Source of the DNA: an uncultured Gammaproteobacteria bacterium
GTDB lineage: Bacteria; Pseudomonadota; Gammaproteobacteria; Steroidobacterales; UBA11654
Assembly: GCA_902595845.1 (NCBI GenBank)
Contig: CACJRN010000008.1
Span: 2,153 to 66,152, forward strand
Length of the DNA stretch: 64,000 nucleotides
Direction of reading: 5' to 3'
A program made the position numbers and the translations under genes. Below, one piece after another: positions 18,524 to 27,802 of the stretch. The notes beneath the pieces were generated by a model. The model was not told the origin of the DNA. It saw only the letters and a list, made by a program, of their open reading frames with translations, and made no database searches. Numbering within the stretch: position 1 is the stretch's first letter; each line of letters opens with the position of its first letter.

Positions 18524-20132
18524 CGTTTTCAGCCTCAGGAACAATATTTTTTCGTTTAAGATCGTACAACATTTCTCTGGCAGCATTGGCTCCTGGAGCT
18601 GCCATCACACCTCCACCTGGGTGGGTGCTTGACCCGCACATGTAAAAGCCCTTAACGGGTCCTCTAAATTGTGCATATCCTGGAAAAGGTCTATTGAAGA
18701 ACATTTGATCCATGGTCAACTCACCTTGGAAGATATTCCCCTCGGTTAATCCGACTTCATTCTCTATGTCTTGAGGCGTTCGGATCTCTGCATGGACGAT
18801 CAAGTCTTTAAAATTAGGGCTGTATTGACCGATTTGATCAATGACGGTTTTACCAAAGCCTTCTCTGTCTTTGTCTGTCCACTCACCCGTTGCCAATTTT
18901 GGCGGCGCGTATTGAACAAACACAGACATATAGTGTTTCCCTGGTGGTGCCATTGTTGGGTCTGTCATTGTTGGTATGAGCGTATCGCAGTATGGATCTT
19001 GTGACCATCGACCGTTCTTCCAGTCATCGTAGGCTCTTTCAATCCTTTCAAGTGAATCAATGAAATGCATATCGGCATAAATCAGAGGATTGTCTTTGCC
19101 CATGGCTGGAAAATCTGGCAACCCATCCAAAGCAATATTTAGCTTTCCAGATGATCCATTGAATTTATAATTATCAACTTGCTTCAGTAGTTTTTCATTC
19201 AGATCTTCTGGATTAAATAAGTCTTGATAGGTTCTGCGAGCATCTAGGTTAGAGACCACATTTTTTGCATGATATTCGTCTCCATTTGCCAATACCACCC
19301 CAGTTGCTTTGCCATTCTTAACTTGGATTTGAGTGACTTCTGCCTCGGTTAGGATCTCACCATCATATTCCTGAAGAGCACCTGCTAGTGCTTTTGATAC
19401 TGAGCCCATTCCACCTCTTGCGAATCCCCAAGAGCCAATGCTTCCATCCACTTCTCCCATGTAGTGGTGCAGAAGAACGTAAGCCGTTCCAGGAGAGTAT
19501 GGTCCGAGAGCAGTACCAATGATACCGCTTCCAGATAAGGCTGCTTTGACTATGTCCGATTCAAAATATTCCTCGAGATACTCTGCAGCACTCATGGTAT
19601 AGAAACGGATCGTCTCATATATGGTCTGTTCACCCAAACCGTATAGTCGTTTAAACAACCAAACCAGTTCATTTAAATCTTTTGGTCTGAAAGAAGTTGG
19701 ATCTGGAGGAGTTCTTAATAAAAGTGGCTTAATGAAACGACACTGCTTAGATACGTCTCTTCCGAAACGAACATATGCATCGGCATCTTTCTTGGAAAAA
19801 CGACCAATTTCTCTTCGTTGCAAGTCATGATCAGAATATCCGCCAAAGATATTCCCATCTTCCATAAAGGTAACGCTGCCTCCATAAGCAATGACTTGAA
19901 GTCCATGCTTTTGTAAGTTGAGATCACGGTATATTTCAGGTCTCAATAAGCTGCAAACATAAGAGCAGTTAGAATATACCCAACCGTCATGTAACTCTCT
20001 GCTGACTGCTGCTCCACCTATGTAATCATTTTTTTCTAAAACCAAAACCTTTAAGCCGGATTTGGCGAGATAGGCTGCATTGGTCAATCCGTTATGGCCA
20101 GCGCCTATTACTATTGCATCATAGTTTTTCAA
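18516..20132 (-). CDS. FAD-dependent oxidoreductase, CrtI/phytoene-desaturase-like (PYROXD2-like), paralogue A
   Basis: 538 aa. TTG start in a TTGA overlap with the aminotransferase stop. N-terminus YDAIVIGAGHNGLTNAAYLAKSG and C-terminus FYMCGSSTHPGGGVMA. Confidence 0.8.
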   Translation of the reverse strand: MKNYDAIVIGAGHNGLTNAAYLAKSGLKVLVLEKNDYIGGAAVSRELHDGWVYSNCSYVCSLLRPEIYRDLNLQKHGLQVIAYGGSVTFMEDGNIFGGYSDHDLQRREIGRFSKKDADAYVRFGRDVSKQCRFIKPLLLRTPPDPTSFRPKDLNELVWLFKRLYGLGEQTIYETIRFYTMSAAEYLEEYFESDIVKAALSGSGIIGTALGPYSPGTAYVLLHHYMGEVDGSIGSWGFARGGMGSVSKALAGALQEYDGEILTEAEVTQIQVKNGKATGVVLANGDEYHAKNVVSNLDARRTYQDLFNPEDLNEKLLKQVDNYKFNGSSGKLNIALDGLPDFPAMGKDNPLIYADMHFIDSLERIERAYDDWKNGRWSQDPYCDTLIPTMTDPTMAPPGKHYMSVFVQYAPPKLATGEWTDKDREGFGKTVIDQIGQYSPNFKDLIVHAEIRTPQDIENEVGLTEGNIFQGELTMDQMFFNRPFPGYAQFRGPVKGFYMCGSSTHPGGGVMAAPGANAAREMLYDLKRKNIVPEAENDD

Positions 20133-21445
20133 GACTCATCTCCAAGTGTTCTTTCTAGTGCTGATTCAAATGCATCAAGCGTTGGTTGCATCGCATCCTT
20201 CGCATGAGCCTCACAAATGAACCAGGGCTCCCTAGGATCAAATTCGCATAATACCCCATCTTCGAGCATCTCTTCAGCAAGTTTTTCATAAAAAGGGTAG
20301 TTGGAATATCTAAAATCTCTTGCGTTAGTTGGGGGATTTTCTGAGAAAAAGAGTCCAGACATCGAAGGGTGCCCTGTAAAAGAATGTGCGATATCTCTTT
20401 TGCTCAATATATCGCTGATCCCTTGTTTTAAGTTCTCACCATAGTTCGCGACGGTTTCTAATGCATCGGTGTTTTGCAAAATCTCCAACGTCTTATTTGC
20501 TGCAGAAATTGCCACTGAATGCGCAGTGAATGTTCCGCCATGGAGGACTCCTCCATATTTGATATGTCTCATATACTCTTCCTTTCCTGCCAATGCAGCA
20601 ATGGGATAACCGTTGGCAATTGATTTTGCGAATGTGCATAGATCTGCTTCAACGCCATAGAGTTCCTGAACGCCTCCCTTGGCCACACGGAAACCAGTTT
20701 TCACCTCGTCTATGATCAGGATGATGTCGTATTTTGTACAGAGCTCTCGAACCGCTTGCATGTACTCTTGTGTTGCTGAAATTGAGCAACAATTGCCCAG
20801 AATAGGCTCAATCATCAGCGTTCCAATTTCATTGTGTTTCTTTTTCAAAAGATCTTCTAACGCATCCGCATCATTAAAAGGAACGAGTGAAACCAAGTCT
20901 TTAGTAATACCTGGAACTCCAGCACTCGATGATGTGATTTCTGGTTCCCCTTTCTCTGGATCCCATTCATCAATATCTATATCCCAAAGTGCTGCATCCC
21001 AAACTCCGTGATATCCACCCTCAACCATGATGTATCCATCCCGCTTACTAACCGCTCGTCCAACGCGTAGTGCCGCCATCACTGCTTCTGTGCCTGAGTT
21101 GGAGTATCGAACCAATTCGGCTGAAGGCACCATGGAAGAAATCTTCTTTGCGACTTCATATTCCAATTCTGTTGCCAGTGCAAAAACACCGCCGATCTCC
21201 ATGCCCTCTCTTGCAGCTTGATCGACCCTTTCATCGGCATAACCAAGAATGTATGGACCATATGCTAGACGATAATCAATGTATTCATTGTCATCCAAAT
21301 CCCATAATCTGCATCCCTTTGCACGCTTGATATAGATGGTGTCATCATCACCCCAATATCTGAAATTAGAAGTGACGCCTAGTGGGAGTTTGTTGAGTGC
21401 TTTTTTAAAATGTTCGTTGCTTTTTTTTAATGATCTTTTACTCAT
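20129..21445 (-). CDS. class-III (GSA-aminomutase-like) pyridoxal-phosphate aminotransferase
   Basis: 438 aa. PLP-lysine context is IIDEVKTGFR. Also SNSGTEA and the fold-type-I class-III pattern. Confidence 0.85.
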   Translation of the reverse strand: MSKRSLKKSNEHFKKALNKLPLGVTSNFRYWGDDDTIYIKRAKGCRLWDLDDNEYIDYRLAYGPYILGYADERVDQAAREGMEIGGVFALATELEYEVAKKISSMVPSAELVRYSNSGTEAVMAALRVGRAVSKRDGYIMVEGGYHGVWDAALWDIDIDEWDPEKGEPEITSSSAGVPGITKDLVSLVPFNDADALEDLLKKKHNEIGTLMIEPILGNCCSISATQEYMQAVRELCTKYDIILIIDEVKTGFRVAKGGVQELYGVEADLCTFAKSIANGYPIAALAGKEEYMRHIKYGGVLHGGTFTAHSVAISAANKTLEILQNTDALETVANYGENLKQGISDILSKRDIAHSFTGHPSMSGLFFSENPPTNARDFRYSNYPFYEKLAEEMLEDGVLCEFDPREPWFICEAHAKDAMQPTLDAFESALERTLGDES

Positions 21446-21501
21446 TCGAGTTCTCTTATTTGTTTTTTGAAATAGATTAGAATCGCCAAAGGCGAAAGAG
21501 A

Positions 21502-21545
21502 CAGAGATTAGTCTCTGGTGTAGATAATGTTGAATCGAGAATCGA
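21502..21545. promoter_or_regulatory. candidate operator region in the divergent promoter of the amine supercluster
   Basis: Perfect inverted repeat CAGAGA-ttag-TCTCTG (21502-21517), followed by tandem GAATCGA GAATCGA (21532-21545). Both lie in the 162-nt gap between the divergent first genes. Confidence 0.3.
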
Positions 21546-21607
21546 GTAAATACATCATATGGTTAAATATTATCCAAATAATTATTAGTTTCAAAGGAAA
21601 ATCGTCA

Positions 21608-22534
21608 ATGACACAAATTAGCAAAACATCAGACATCATTGATGCAGTTGAAACAATCAGAGTTCAGGCCAATGGAATTGACTTTGAAGTCGATACTCAA
21701 GGTGAGGGAGACAAAATGATTCTATGTCTTCATGGATGGCCAGAGCATAGCATTACCTGGCGTTTTCAAATGTCTCATTTTGCAAATCTGGGTTATCGAG
21801 TTTGGGCTCCTAATCTTCGAGGTTATGGAAATAGTGATGCCCCAAAAGGTATGAAAAATTATCAGATTGAGGTCCTGATGAGAGACGTCTCAGAAATGAT
21901 TGAAGCATCCGGTGCGAAAGAAATCATTCTTCTGTCACATGATTGGGGTGCGATGATTGCTTGGCACTTTGCAATGCGCTACCCAAATAAAATTGAGCGC
22001 CTGATCATTTGCAATGTCCCACACCCAGGGCCTTTTCTTAGTAGCATGAAGACTGTCGAACAATTGATGAGATCTTGGTATACATTATTTTTTCAATTGC
22101 CCTGGATTCCAGAGTTTTTAACTAGAAATTTTCGCCCGGGAAAATTGATCCGATCTGGTGCTGCAAGAAAAAGTAATTATTCAGATGAAGTTGTCAGTCT
22201 CTATGATGAAAATGGCGCAAGAAAAGAAAATCGAACTGCAATGTTTAATTATTATCGTGCATTTATGAGAGGTGGTGGACTCTATAGGCAATGGAAATTG
22301 GGTTTCCCAATGATTGAAACTCCGACCCTGATGCTATGGGGTGAAAAAGATATTGCTCTATCAATAAGAAGCACATTGGGTACAGAAAAATATGCTTCAA
22401 ATTTGACGCTTCGATATTTCAAAGGTATTTCTCATCATATTCAGCAAGACGCACCAGAGGAAGTGAATCAGATGATAGAAGCCTTTTTGAAAGATGAAGA
22501 TGTTCCTGAATATTTAGATATAAAAAATGGATGA
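21608..22534 (+). CDS. alpha/beta hydrolase, epoxide-hydrolase/dehalogenase-like
   Basis: Start trimmed from 21527 to ATG 21608 (MTQISK). Motif HGWPE, nucleophile-Asp elbow SHDWGA, and a C-terminal His (ISHHIQQD). Confidence 0.8.
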   Translation: MTQISKTSDIIDAVETIRVQANGIDFEVDTQGEGDKMILCLHGWPEHSITWRFQMSHFANLGYRVWAPNLRGYGNSDAPKGMKNYQIEVLMRDVSEMIEASGAKEIILLSHDWGAMIAWHFAMRYPNKIERLIICNVPHPGPFLSSMKTVEQLMRSWYTLFFQLPWIPEFLTRNFRPGKLIRSGAARKSNYSDEVVSLYDENGARKENRTAMFNYYRAFMRGGGLYRQWKLGFPMIETPTLMLWGEKDIALSIRSTLGTEKYASNLTLRYFKGISHHIQQDAPEEVNQMIEAFLKDEDVPEYLDIKNG

Positions 22535-22604
22535 TAATTTGTTATCAACTCTGATTGAATCAGAGTAAGATTTATTCTGACATTGATGTTGATGGAGAAA
22601 TTGA

Positions 22605-23768
22605 ATGCATATTAATTTACCAGATGATGTTAAAGAGTGGATAAAAACTGCTGAGAGCTTCCTTGAAGAAACAAAGCCTTGGGAAGTTGAGGCAGAAATG
22701 AATAGTGGCAAGGTCCCAGAAGAAATTGATAGCAAGCATCGGCAGATGGCAATTGATCTTGGATTATCAAGCATGGACATGCCAAAAAGCATTGGCGGAA
22801 AAGAATTATCTAATCTTCAACAAGTCGCTGTTTGGGAAGTCTTGGGCAGGAGTACAAATGCCCTGACATGGTGTTTCTCAGAACCTCAGAGATGGATGCT
22901 TGAGGCATGCAATGAAGAGCAAATTAAAAAATACATTCTGCCGATCATGGATGGAAGTCGACACGAATGCTATGCGATCACGGAATCTGAATCAGGTTCA
23001 GAGCTTGATGTTTCAGCCACTGCAAAAAAAGTGGATGGTGGATATATTGTCAATGGGGAGAAATGGTATGTAACTGGTGCCAATCATGCCGACTTCTTTT
23101 TTATCCAAGCAGTCATCCAAGATGGAGATGATGTAATTGGTGATGCTTTGTTTTTCTTGGATATGGATCAAGAAGGAATTGAGCATGTTCGAACACCGCT
23201 TTTCTCTCACACATTCGATAGCCATCATCCTATTTATAAATTCCATGATGTTTTCATACCCGACGAGAACTTAATCGGATCAGAAGAAGATGGAATGAGT
23301 TATTCGCTGGCATGGTTCAGAAGGGAACGCTTGATGATCGCTGCTAGATGCTGCGGTGCAGCTGCAAGATTAATAGAAGAAGCAACTGAATTTGCTCAAG
23401 CCAGAAAAGTTAAAGGCGGACTTTTATCAGAACAACAAGCCATTCAGTTCATGCTTGCTGACAGTGTCACTGAACTTTGGGCAACAAGACTGATGCTTTA
23501 TGAAACAGCTATGGCGCATGATCGTGAAGACGATGTCAAAGCACTTCATTATCGATGCTCTGCAGTCAAGCTTTATGCTTCAGAAATGGCCAATAAAGTT
23601 GCAGATAGAGTTGTGCAAATCTTTGGAGGCAGAGGCTACATGAGAGAATTTGCTGCCGAAAGATTTTATAGAGAGCTTAGAGTAGATCGAATCTGGGAAG
23701 GGACTTCAGAAGTTCAGCGTCTCATTATCGCTGGAGGCCTTCTTAAGAAAGGTCTTAAGGATCTCTAA
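22605..23768 (+). CDS. acyl-CoA dehydrogenase
   Basis: 387 aa with the ACAD pattern (CYAITESESGSE, GEKWYVTGA, QIFGGRGY) and a catalytic-base context IWEGTSEVQR. Confidence 0.85.
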   Translation: MHINLPDDVKEWIKTAESFLEETKPWEVEAEMNSGKVPEEIDSKHRQMAIDLGLSSMDMPKSIGGKELSNLQQVAVWEVLGRSTNALTWCFSEPQRWMLEACNEEQIKKYILPIMDGSRHECYAITESESGSELDVSATAKKVDGGYIVNGEKWYVTGANHADFFFIQAVIQDGDDVIGDALFFLDMDQEGIEHVRTPLFSHTFDSHHPIYKFHDVFIPDENLIGSEEDGMSYSLAWFRRERLMIAARCCGAAARLIEEATEFAQARKVKGGLLSEQQAIQFMLADSVTELWATRLMLYETAMAHDREDDVKALHYRCSAVKLYASEMANKVADRVVQIFGGRGYMREFAAERFYRELRVDRIWEGTSEVQRLIIAGGLLKKGLKDL

Positions 23769-23781
23769 CAGAGTCAGTCTC

Positions 23782-24666
23782 TTGAAAAATAAACCAGCCA
23801 TTCTTGATTGGGTCTCTATCATTGGACTTTCAGCTGTTTGGAGCAGCGCATTTGTTTTCATTAAACAAACAACGCCGATCTTTGGGGCAGTTGGTTTGGT
23901 CTTTATGCGACTATTCATTTCGGCAGTTATTCTTAGTCTGTTATTTATAAGACCAAAGCATATTAAAACCATCCGGGATAATATTATTCCAATTTTTATA
24001 GTCGGCGCTACAAATGTAACCATACCGTTTATGTTTTTTGCACTATCTGCCTATTACATCAATGCGGGATCAATGGCGGTCGTGAATGGAAGCACGCCAT
24101 TGTTTGCCTTTCTTTTCTCAATTCTATTATTGGGGTTCACATTCAGATGGATCCAATTTTTAGGTATTCTGATGGGCATTATTGGATTGATCATTTTTGT
24201 TGGTGTTGATGCATTGGAATTTCATCCAATGGCAAATCTCTCTGCTGTCATGGGTGCAATGATGTATGGCCTCTCAATGGTTTATATCTTTAAGTTAAAT
24301 TTCAAAGACACCAAGCTCATGGCAGCAGCAAGTATGGTTGCTGCAACTATTTGCATAGCTCCTCTATTGATTTTTTTCCCAATCCCTTGGGATATAGTTA
24401 CGACTGAATCGATGATCAGTGTTATTTATTTAGCTACTTTTTGTACTGGGTTGGCTTATATCCCCTACTTTATTTTGATTAGAAATGTTGGGCCTGTAAG
24501 CACATCAATTATTGCGATGCTAGTACCGGTATTCGGAATGCTATGGGCTTATGTTTTGCTCGAAGAAAAAATAACATTATTGATGTCCGTCGGTTGCTTG
24601 TTTATTGTTATAGGTATCTTGATGACCAATGTAATTGGAAATAATAACGATAAAAAATCTGCATAA
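23782..24666 (+). CDS. DMT-superfamily (EamA) transporter
   Basis: 294 aa with about 10 hydrophobic helices arranged as two EamA-like halves. TTG start. Confidence 0.7.
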   Translation: MKNKPAILDWVSIIGLSAVWSSAFVFIKQTTPIFGAVGLVFMRLFISAVILSLLFIRPKHIKTIRDNIIPIFIVGATNVTIPFMFFALSAYYINAGSMAVVNGSTPLFAFLFSILLLGFTFRWIQFLGILMGIIGLIIFVGVDALEFHPMANLSAVMGAMMYGLSMVYIFKLNFKDTKLMAAASMVAATICIAPLLIFFPIPWDIVTTESMISVIYLATFCTGLAYIPYFILIRNVGPVSTSIIAMLVPVFGMLWAYVLLEEKITLLMSVGCLFIVIGILMTNVIGNNNDKKSA

Positions 24667-24678
24667 ACCAATTTGATT

Positions 24679-25782
24679 ATGAAATTAAATTTGATCAAGG
24701 CTTTACTGCCTCTGCTATTTATTACACAGCTGTCACTGGCTGAGGGAGTTGTTAATTTCTACAATTGGGCAGATTACATTGGCGAATCAACCATCAAAGA
24801 TTTTGAAGAAGAGTATGGCATAAAAGTCAACTATGATGAGTATGATTCTTCTGAGATTGTCGAAGCAAAACTTTTAGCTGGAAACTCAGGATATGACCTA
24901 GTTGTTCACTCAAGCATGTATTCAAAAAGATTGATGCCGCTTAAAATATTTCATGAAATTGATCCTACGAAACTCTCAAACTTTGAAAAACTCGACCCAA
25001 TGCTTATGGAAATGCTCGATGAAATTGATTCTGGAAACAAAATCATGATTCCATACAGCTACGGATCAACAGGAGTCAGTTATGATGCAAAGAAAATCTT
25101 TGCCAGAGACCCCAACCCACCTATTGGCAGTGCTGACATGCTCTACGATGCTGATACGATCTCAAAATTTGCAGATTGCGGCATCAGCATCCTTGATTCG
25201 CCCACAGATGTCATCCCTCAAGCACTTGTCTATCTTGGTTATGATGACAGTTCAAAAGATCCAGATGAGCTCCAGGAAGCAGAGGATCTTTTACATGAGG
25301 CGAGACCATATATTAAAAAATTCACTTCAAGCACTTTGCTAAATGACTTGGCAAACGGTGATGTTTGTATCGCGATGAGTTGGGCTGGTGATTATGCCAC
25401 AGCCAGTGCTCGAGCAAGTGAAGCTGGTAAAGACATTGATTTAAGATATTTTGTGCCTGAGGAAGGTGGGCTGCTTTGGGTCGATATCATCGTGATTCCA
25501 AAAGATGCAAAGAATTTAGAGAATGCTTATTTATTACTTGATTATCTCCTGCGACCTGAAGTCAGTGCAGATTTTGTCAATTTGACTCATTATGCAAGTC
25601 CTGTTCCAGATGCAAAACCTTTCATCAAAGAAGAGGTACTCAATGACACGGCAGTTTACCCAACGCCTGAGATCATGGATCGACTCTTTTTCACAGAGGT
25701 AGATCCGCCAAAATATACAAGGATAAAGACAAGAATTTTTAGTCGATTCAAAACAGGAATTAAAAAACGAGAAAGAAAATGA
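24679..25782 (+). CDS. polyamine-type ABC transporter periplasmic binding protein (PotD/PotF family)
   Basis: Start moved from TTG 24673 to ATG 24679. Signal peptide, and a PotF-like N-terminal motif VNFYNWADYIGE. Confidence 0.85.
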   Translation: MKLNLIKALLPLLFITQLSLAEGVVNFYNWADYIGESTIKDFEEEYGIKVNYDEYDSSEIVEAKLLAGNSGYDLVVHSSMYSKRLMPLKIFHEIDPTKLSNFEKLDPMLMEMLDEIDSGNKIMIPYSYGSTGVSYDAKKIFARDPNPPIGSADMLYDADTISKFADCGISILDSPTDVIPQALVYLGYDDSSKDPDELQEAEDLLHEARPYIKKFTSSTLLNDLANGDVCIAMSWAGDYATASARASEAGKDIDLRYFVPEEGGLLWVDIIVIPKDAKNLENAYLLLDYLLRPEVSADFVNLTHYASPVPDAKPFIKEEVLNDTAVYPTPEIMDRLFFTEVDPPKYTRIKTRIFSRFKTGIKKRERK

Positions 25783-26876
25783 CAAGTGATGAAAAAAATT
25801 TCATTGAAATAAAAGGCGTCAGTAAACATTTTGGTGATGTTGTCGCTGTAGACAATGTTGATTTAGCAATCAAAAAGGGCGAGCTTTTTTCCATACTAGG
25901 TGCGTCAGGCTCAGGTAAAACAACCCTTTTGAGGATATTAGCTGGTTTAGAAATACCAAGCCAAGGAAGCATATTAATCGATGGCGTTGACATGACATCA
26001 GTGGCTCCATATAACAGACCTGTAAACATCATGTTTCAAAACTATGCTTTATTTCCCCACATGAGCGTCTTTGAGAATATTGCATACGGCTTAAAAAAAG
26101 AAGGCCTACAAAAAGAAAGCATTGAAGAAAAAGTTCAGAAAATGCTCGCTTTAGTGAAACTTGAGGGTTACGAGAATAGAAAACCCAATCAACTCTCTGG
26201 CGGACAGTCTCAAAGAGTCGCCCTAGCTAGATCGCTTGTCAAAGAGCCAAAAGTTCTTCTTCTAGATGAGCCCATGGCGGCGCTTGATAAAAAACTCAGA
26301 CAGAGCACTCAGTTTGAGCTGATGGATATTCATTATGAGCTTGGCATAACCTTTGTAATTGTCACACATGACCAAGAGGAAGCAATGACGCTCTCAGATC
26401 GAATTGCGATCATGGAGCAAGGGCAGTTTGTGCAAATAGGTTCTCCAAATTTAATTTATGAAAATCCAAGATCTAAGTTTGTGGCTGACTTCTTGGGTAA
26501 TATCAATCTCCTAGAAGCGACGATAACTGAACAAAATGACAAAGAGATCGTTGTCGACTGTGCTGCACTTGGAGGTGAGTTAAAGTTTGATCAAACTGAA
26601 CAAGCGAATGCATCTGAAATGACTGTGGCCTTGAGACCAGAGAAAGTAATGATTGAAAAAAACATACCAACGAATGATGACCAAAGTCATATTAAAGGCA
26701 TTGTTGAGGACTTTGGATACTTCGGTAATCTTTCTATTTATCGTGTCAAAACTGAGAGTGGGCATGTCATTCAGGTCAGTAAACAAAACAGAGATCGAGT
26801 TGAGCAGTCCATTAAGTGGGAAGATGAGGTTTACCTTTCTTGGGATAATGACAGCCTGATGTTATTGGGTGAATAG
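25779..26876 (+). CDS. polyamine-type ABC transporter ATPase (PotA/PotG-like)
   Basis: Walker A GASGSGKTT, signature LSGGQSQR, Walker B LLLDEP, and a C-terminal TOBE-like domain. ATGA overlap upstream. Confidence 0.9.
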   Translation: MTSDEKNFIEIKGVSKHFGDVVAVDNVDLAIKKGELFSILGASGSGKTTLLRILAGLEIPSQGSILIDGVDMTSVAPYNRPVNIMFQNYALFPHMSVFENIAYGLKKEGLQKESIEEKVQKMLALVKLEGYENRKPNQLSGGQSQRVALARSLVKEPKVLLLDEPMAALDKKLRQSTQFELMDIHYELGITFVIVTHDQEEAMTLSDRIAIMEQGQFVQIGSPNLIYENPRSKFVADFLGNINLLEATITEQNDKEIVVDCAALGGELKFDQTEQANASEMTVALRPEKVMIEKNIPTNDDQSHIKGIVEDFGYFGNLSIYRVKTESGHVIQVSKQNRDRVEQSIKWEDEVYLSWDNDSLMLLGE

Positions 26877-27802
26877 TGTCTGGTTTACTTGTAAATACAA
26901 ATAATTCAATCAGAGAAAATCTCTGGAGATACTTTATTGTTGCCATCCCTTATATTTGGCTACTGCTTTTCTTTCTGGCTCCCTTTGTCATTGTCTTCAA
27001 AATCAGTCTGGCTGATCCAATCATTGCTCAACCTCCATTTACTCCATTGTTCAATGAAAGCTCGGATGGTGGATTTTCAATTTATACGACATTTGATAAC
27101 TTCTTGTATTTATTTCAAGATTCGCTCTACTTCGTCACTTATCTTAATTCTGTAAAACTTGCCTTTATTGCAACTTTTTTTACTTTGCTGATTGGATATC
27201 CAATAGCATATGGCATAGCAAGATCACCACAGCCCACTCGAAACATTCTTCTATTACTGGTTGTTATACCTTTCTGGATTTCTTTTCTTTTAAGGGTTTA
27301 TTCTTGGATGGGAATTCTTAAAACAAATGGATTGATAAATGGGTTTTTGCTTTGGTTGGGCGTCATCGATCAACCCCTCGAGCTTCTATATACCGATACC
27401 GCTGTATACATTGGTATGGTTTATTCATACCTCCCGTATATGATACTTCCGCTTTATGCGAACCTGGTGAAGCTCGACGTGAGGCTGCTTGAAGCAGCTT
27501 CAGACTTGGGTGCGAAAAAATGGCAAGGGTTTTTGGATGTCACTTTGCCATTGTCAATGCCAGGAATCATTGCAGGGTGCTTATTGGTATTCATACCAGC
27601 GATCGGTGAATATGTTATACCTGCTCTTCTTGGCGGTGCAGATACATTAATGATTGGAAGGGTTCTCTTTGATGAATTTTTCCTCAATAGAGATTGGCCT
27701 GTTGCATCGGCAGTTGCGATTGTTCTTCTTTTATTACTGGTACTGCCAATTGTTTATTTTCAAAAGAAACAAGCACAAGAAACATCGGAGGCAACAGCGT
27801 AA
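26876..27802 (+). CDS. polyamine-type ABC transporter permease (PotB/PotH-like)
   Basis: 308 aa, GTG start overlapping the upstream stop. EAA loop LLEAASDLGAKKWQGFLDVTLP. Confidence 0.85.
   Translation: MSGLLVNTNNSIRENLWRYFIVAIPYIWLLLFFLAPFVIVFKISLADPIIAQPPFTPLFNESSDGGFSIYTTFDNFLYLFQDSLYFVTYLNSVKLAFIATFFTLLIGYPIAYGIARSPQPTRNILLLLVVIPFWISFLLRVYSWMGILKTNGLINGFLLWLGVIDQPLELLYTDTAVYIGMVYSYLPYMILPLYANLVKLDVRLLEAASDLGAKKWQGFLDVTLPLSMPGIIAGCLLVFIPAIGEYVIPALLGGADTLMIGRVLFDEFFLNRDWPVASAVAIVLLLLLVLPIVYFQKKQAQETSEATA

Noticed and set aside
16955-20132. Reading the two CrtI-like genes as carotenoid (phytoene desaturase) biosynthesis genes.
   Set aside because: No crtB, crtE, crtY or crtZ genes are present. 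The two genes are embedded by overlaps in an amine and acyl-CoA catabolic operon. The family is broad (amine oxidase / PYROXD2 / RetSat-like).
21527-21607. ORF-track 5' extensions. The extended starts at 21527, 33955, 18586, 37386, 27694, 985, 58602, 56608, 40880, 1819 and 16989 were trimmed to 21608, 33970, 18523, 37356, 27802, 1027, 58629, 56638, 40901, 1831 and 16953.
   Set aside because: The extended N-termini overlap upstream genes or add non-conserved residues ahead of obvious signal peptides, dinucleotide folds or SD-ATG pairs. The internal starts fit family N-termini and the local coupling pattern.
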